Program-made: the position numbers and the translations under genes
NCBI GenBank assembly: GCA_947632185.1
Contig: CANROH010000001.1
Coordinates: 15,142-79,141 of the forward strand
Length of the DNA stretch: 64,000 nucleotides
DNA from: an uncultured Clostridia bacterium
GTDB taxonomy: Bacteria; Bacillota; Clostridia; TANB77; CAG-508
Direction of reading: 5' to 3'
Part shown: positions 59,771-64,000 of the stretch, piece after piece
Numbering within the stretch: position 1 is the first letter of the stretch
How the letters are laid out: each line of letters starts with the position of its first letter
Notes under the pieces: generated by a model
Database searches by the model: none
Told to the model about the DNA's origin: nothing
Seen by the model: only the letters and a program-made list of their open reading frames with translations

Positions 59771-61105
59771 GTGAAAAGATTTAAATTTTTTATTTTTAAT
59801 ACTTCAGTACTTATTATAACATCTGTTATTTTCAGAGCTATAGATATTTATTTTACAGCATATGTATCTCAAAAAATTGGTTCTGAAAATTTAGGAATTT
59901 ATCAACTAGTAATGTCTGTTTATTTATTTGGTATAACTCTTGCAACTTCAGGTATAAATTTAGCAGTCACTCGCGTTATATCTGAAGAGCTCGCTCTCGA
60001 TAATAATGGGGGCGTTAAAAAAGTTATGAAAAGATGTATTTATATAACCTTAATCACAAGTATTACTACAAGTCTTATACTTTTTGTAAATGCTAATTTT
60101 ATTATAATTAAATGTCTTCATAATAAAGTTAATAAATCTGTTATTTATTTAGTTTGCTTGGCCCTTCCTTTAATTTCAATGTCTTCTGCTATCGCTGGAT
60201 ATTTTGCTGGAGTTCGTAGAATTTATAAAAACGCTATAGGACAATTTATAGAACATATTGCTAAAGTAATAGTTACAGCTTTTATCATTAACTTATATTT
60301 ACCTGCTGGTCTAAATTATGCTTGTTTTGCTTTAATTTTAGGTGATGTAACCTCTGAAATAATATCTTTTGTTTACATATATATAATTTATACATTAGAT
60401 AAAAGAAGATACAATAATTATATAGAAACAACTCAAAAAAAGAATTATACTTATCGTATTGTTAGGATATCAATCCCTATCGCCATAACATCTTATATAC
60501 GTTCTGGACTTTCAACTTTAAAACAATTAATTATCCCTTCTAGCTTAGAAAAAAGTGGAATTAATTGTAGCGAATCATTATCTAAATATGGAATTATAAA
60601 TGGAATGGCTCTTCCAATTATCATGTTTCCTGATATTTTAGTAAAGTCGTTTGCAAGTCTTTTAATTCCAGAATTTTCAAGATATCGTGCCAAAAAAGAT
60701 TTTAAACGTATAAAACAAATGACAGGAATTTTATTATTTTTAATAGGCGGTGCAGCAATTGGCCTTACTTTATTGCTTTTAATTTTCTCAGATGCTCTCG
60801 GAAAATTAATTTATAATGATTTTTCTGTTGGATATTACATAAAAATTCTATCTCCTCTTGCAACTTTCATTTATGTTGATACTGTTGTTGATAGCATTTT
60901 AAGAGGCTTAGATGCACAAGTTGGAGTTATGCTTATAAACATACTAGATTTAGCTATTAGTGTAAGTTTTATTTATTTTTGCGTACCAAAATTAGGCTTA
61001 ATAGGATACCTAATTTCAATCTATATGAGCGAAATTTTAAATTTTACAATAAGTTTATTACAACTAATAAAAATCGTTTACTTCAAAAAAGAACAATCTT
61101 TTTAA
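59771..61105 (+). CDS. MOP-superfamily flippase (SpoVB/polysaccharide biosynthesis protein-like)
   Basis: 444 aa, 12-14 TM helices. Paralogous architecture to the gene at 35759-37345. Confidence 0.7.
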   Translation: MKRFKFFIFNTSVLIITSVIFRAIDIYFTAYVSQKIGSENLGIYQLVMSVYLFGITLATSGINLAVTRVISEELALDNNGGVKKVMKRCIYITLITSITTSLILFVNANFIIIKCLHNKVNKSVIYLVCLALPLISMSSAIAGYFAGVRRIYKNAIGQFIEHIAKVIVTAFIINLYLPAGLNYACFALILGDVTSEIISFVYIYIIYTLDKRRYNNYIETTQKKNYTYRIVRISIPIAITSYIRSGLSTLKQLIIPSSLEKSGINCSESLSKYGIINGMALPIIMFPDILVKSFASLLIPEFSRYRAKKDFKRIKQMTGILLFLIGGAAIGLTLLLLIFSDALGKLIYNDFSVGYYIKILSPLATFIYVDTVVDSILRGLDAQVGVMLINILDLAISVSFIYFCVPKLGLIGYLISIYMSEILNFTISLLQLIKIVYFKKEQSF

Positions 61106-61182
61106 AATATTAAAAACAAAAATATACTAAATAGATATAAACTTTCTTTAGTTTTACTCCATTTAGTATATTTTTAATATCT

Positions 61183-61878
61183 TTATTCTACAAAATTATA
61201 TGTCTCATCCGCCTGAGTCATACCTTCCAAATTATAATATGTATCTGGAACTTCTCCAATAATAACAGCCTCTGTTAATAAAACTTCTGTATTAATATTT
61301 TTAGTAAAAGTATCAAACGGAGTTAAAATTCCAACTTTAGAATTAATATCTAAATATATCTTATGATGCGTTTGATTTATTCCAACAGAAGTAAATTCTG
61401 TTCTTATTGTTGCATCTATATTTCCAGCACTTTCAAGTTCAACATTGAATCTTGGTTCTAAATTTTTCAATATACTTATTCCACTAATAGCTCCCATATT
61501 TATAAAAACAGTTATTCTTGGAATTTTGTCAAATTCTTCTTGTATATTAGATATTATTGTACTTACTATTTCATTTATATATACTGAATTTGCTTTTATA
61601 AGACTAATTTTTCCATTTAAATCTTTATCAATATTAATTAAATCATTATAAGTATAATTTTTCATAACTTTACTAACTTCGTCATTTACTATTTTATTTC
61701 CTTTAGAAGCTGCAGCTGTTTCACAAGTTGTTTTTAATATTGGATATGCTGCTAAACAAAATAGCACACTTCCAACTATAATAAGGATTAATAATATAAT
61801 TAAAATAATTTTTAAACCATTTAATTTTTTTATGTCAGGCAACCTAATTCTTTTTCTAGAATATAATTTGTCTTTCAT
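61183..61878 (-). CDS. yunB: sporulation protein YunB
   Basis: N-terminal TM plus a YunB-like body. Start MKDKLYS with a GGAGG SD. The ORF-track extension reads through the upstream terminator. Confidence 0.7.
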   Translation of the reverse strand: MKDKLYSRKRIRLPDIKKLNGLKIILIILLILIIVGSVLFCLAAYPILKTTCETAAASKGNKIVNDEVSKVMKNYTYNDLINIDKDLNGKISLIKANSVYINEIVSTIISNIQEEFDKIPRITVFINMGAISGISILKNLEPRFNVELESAGNIDATIRTEFTSVGINQTHHKIYLDINSKVGILTPFDTFTKNINTEVLLTEAVIIGEVPDTYYNLEGMTQADETYNFVE

Positions 61879-61894
61879 ATTTCCTCCAAATAGC

Positions 61895-61914
61895 AAAAGG
61901 CGGTATCCCGCCTC
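61895..61914 (-). terminator. terminator after LysM gene
   Basis: GGCGGGATACCGCC hairpin followed by TTTT, 3 nt after the stop codon. Confidence 0.55.
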
Positions 61915-63393
61915 TTATCTCATAATATATAATCTATCTCCTACATTAATTTTATCAGGTTCTTCAAGTTTATTTATAGAAATTATATCATCCATACTTA
62001 CTCTAAACTTTTTTGCAATTTTCCAAATTGTATCACCACTTTTTACAAAGTACATGAACATTTTATATTCATTTTCTTCTTCTATATCTTTACATGTTAC
62101 ATCTTCTATAATAGTTATTCTTTTTGTATTATTATTTGTTTTTTTAGCTAAAATTTCAATATTGCAATCTACATTTTCATTATTAATTGTAAATTGTTTT
62201 TTTAAAATATCAAATTCAAGGTCTCCGTCATTTCCCTCAAATTTAACCATAAATGGTAATGTAAAATTTTTTACATTTAGTCCGTTTCTATTATCAGCCT
62301 CATAATACACATTTAAATTTAGTTCACATTCATAATTAAAAAAGTTTCCTGATTTGCTAGAACTTACAACTTTTGGCATACATTTAACATCATAAATATT
62401 TAAAATATCCTCTACTAATATTTTTTCATTAATATTTACTTTTTCAGTTATGTCATTACCATTTATTTGTACCTCAACATCTTTTTTGGTAAAATCAATA
62501 TTATTTTTTATTCCATACATATCTTGAATTATTTCTACAGTTTTATTTTCATATGCTTCACATTGCACATCAAAATCTATTTGACAACTTATACTATTAG
62601 TTTCATTAGAGTTTGGTTTAAATAACATATTTCTAATTGCATATTCAACATTACAAATATTCTGATCTGTAATATTATCCATATCTATAAAACTCATTAC
62701 TGGTATCGTAGAAGTTGCAACGCCAATTCTTCCATCCTCTGAAAGGAATAAAATTTTTACATTTGCATCAGCTTTTGCTAAAACTTTATTATAACTAATT
62801 TTATTTTCAAAATTAGTCATTTCTATATCTGTTTTTAAAAGTTCTGCTACTTGGTAATTATTATCTACTGAAATACTATCTTTAATTGAAGATTTTACTT
62901 TATTCATTCCAATTATTGATTTTAAATTTAATGTTTCTTTTAATTCTTGTGCTCCATCTATTTCATTAAATTCTCCTGGAATTTCAATTTCACTTTTCTC
63001 ATAAACTTCTGTCTTAATTCTAACACTTGCTTTTATATTCAACTTTCGTTCATTTAATACTTTTGATTCAATACTCTCTAAAATAATATTTTCTTTAGAA
63101 AAACATTTTTCGGAAATATTATTTTCTTCTATACTTTCAGCAAAAGTTAAGGTAGTTTGTATACTTCTTGTATCACCGTTATCTGCTAAATATACAATAT
63201 AAGTATCTATATTGCCATCAATTCTAATTCTTCCAGTTGTAACATCTTTTTTGCAAATATATGCCACACCATTAGTATTTATAACATTTACAATATCAGG
63301 CTTTATATCTGGAACAATAATATCTCCATTAACTTCAAATATTTTTGTATTACTAGCAGTTTTCTTATTTATAGCTACTGTAGTTTTTTTCAT
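61915..63393 (-). CDS. DUF3794-repeat protein with C-terminal LysM domain (spore coat/cortex-associated, SafA/SpoVID-like class)
   Basis: C-terminal LysM (YFVKSGDTIWKIAKKF..INVGDRLYI). Start MKKTTV is 12 nt after an AAGGAGG SD. Confidence 0.7.
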   Translation of the reverse strand: MKKTTVAINKKTASNTKIFEVNGDIIVPDIKPDIVNVINTNGVAYICKKDVTTGRIRIDGNIDTYIVYLADNGDTRSIQTTLTFAESIEENNISEKCFSKENIILESIESKVLNERKLNIKASVRIKTEVYEKSEIEIPGEFNEIDGAQELKETLNLKSIIGMNKVKSSIKDSISVDNNYQVAELLKTDIEMTNFENKISYNKVLAKADANVKILFLSEDGRIGVATSTIPVMSFIDMDNITDQNICNVEYAIRNMLFKPNSNETNSISCQIDFDVQCEAYENKTVEIIQDMYGIKNNIDFTKKDVEVQINGNDITEKVNINEKILVEDILNIYDVKCMPKVVSSSKSGNFFNYECELNLNVYYEADNRNGLNVKNFTLPFMVKFEGNDGDLEFDILKKQFTINNENVDCNIEILAKKTNNNTKRITIIEDVTCKDIEEENEYKMFMYFVKSGDTIWKIAKKFRVSMDDIISINKLEEPDKINVGDRLYIMR

Positions 63394-63445
63394 AAAAAAC
63401 ATCCTCCTTCAATGATATCTATTTATACCATTTATATGAGGACTA

Positions 63446-63474
63446 ATAAAAAAAATTCCTAAAAATTAGGAATT
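63446..63474 (-). terminator. veg terminator
   Basis: aattcctaa-aaa-ttaggaatt hairpin overlapping the stop codon, followed by a T-run on the minus strand. Confidence 0.6.
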
Positions 63475-63786
63475 TTCTGTTGCTTCTTGCTCTATTTTTG
63501 TTTTTTTAATTTCTAATTGAGGCTGTACTAATGGTTCATAACTTTCACCGTTATACATGCTAACTTCCACTGACCTTGTAAACAAGTCTGTATAATTATA
63601 AGAGCCAACTCTATTTACATCTTCAAATTTTACTCTAAAATAACTTTGATATACATTTTCTATTACTGCTGATTTTTCTTGAGGTTTACTTCTTTTACCA
63701 GGTGACTCTTTAATAATTATTTTTTGTCCTATGTTTTCTTCAATGTTTTTTCTTAAGTCTGCAATTTCAGATCTGTAAATTCCCAT
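63466..63786 (-). CDS. veg: Veg-like protein (biofilm formation stimulator Veg)
   Basis: GQKIIIKESPGKRSK...VIENVYQSYFRVKFED...YNYTDLFTRSVEV pattern, like B. subtilis Veg. Confidence 0.7.
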   Translation of the reverse strand: MGIYRSEIADLRKNIEENIGQKIIIKESPGKRSKPQEKSAVIENVYQSYFRVKFEDVNRVGSYNYTDLFTRSVEVSMYNGESYEPLVQPQLEIKKTKIEQEATENS

Positions 63787-63832
63787 TTCCCAATCACCTA
63801 CTTCTTTCGATTTGTTGTTTTTCTTATATCAC

Positions 63833-63861
63833 AGGTAGGCAAAATTGTCAAAAAGTGTCGG
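63833..63861 (-). promoter_or_regulatory. strong sigma-A promoter of veg (TTGACA-17-TGaTATAAG)
   Basis: Consensus -35 and an extended -10 on the minus strand, 45 nt upstream of the veg ATG. An AGGTGA SD follows. Confidence 0.55.
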
Positions 63862-64000
63862 AACGTTCAGTTTTTCTGTAATTCAATATTATCAACCATT
63901 TCAAAGTTTATTTTTTGTTTTTTATCGTTTTGATTACAAGTTTATTACATTTTTGTAACATTCTGTTTTCTTACAAACTTAAGCTTTTAATATTTTAAAA

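Noticed and set aside
1-64000. CRISPR arrays, tRNA/rRNA genes, transposases, integrases
   Set aside because: No regularly spaced direct repeats or GC-rich cloverleaf-sized segments seen by eye. No ORF has a transposase, recombinase or integrase motif.

Overview
This window is a very AT-rich (about 25% GC) chromosomal segment that looks like a spore-forming Clostridia-class Firmicute. Sporulation genes are present: the spoVAC-spoVAD-spoVAEb operon, yunB, veg, a PdaA-like deacetylase and SpoVB-like flippases. Most of the window is housekeeping: clpB (partial), ispH, uvrC, glmS, engB, purA, a T-box-regulated DUF1653-serS operon, gltX, RNase J, fbp, rplT-rpmI-infC, hup, purB, three pseudouridine synthases, lspA, ruvA-rarA, rplM-rpsI and mntP. 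The accessory or unusual content is listed below.

1. A type IV pilus assembly cluster carries a PilM-PilN fusion, PilO, a 58-aa pilin-like gene and an in-frame pilin-like::PilC fusion ORF with a strong internal ribosome-binding site.
2. An orphan, divergent TraG/VirD4-like coupling-protein ATPase sits between core genes.
3. A MurD-paralog Mur ligase is co-operonic with a PP-loop adenylating enzyme. This may be a MurD2/MurL-like alternative D-Glu pathway or a new ligation system.
4. A ROK glucokinase gene is disrupted by a frameshift.
5. A roughly 1.2 kb mini-island of elevated GC holds two divergent genes.
6. A TSUP transporter is split into two half-size genes.
7. Several unannotated small ORFs have good ribosome-binding sites.

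No rRNA, tRNA, CRISPR array, transposase or integrase genes were seen. Gene starts were re-evaluated from ribosome-binding sites where the ORF track began at TTG or far upstream.
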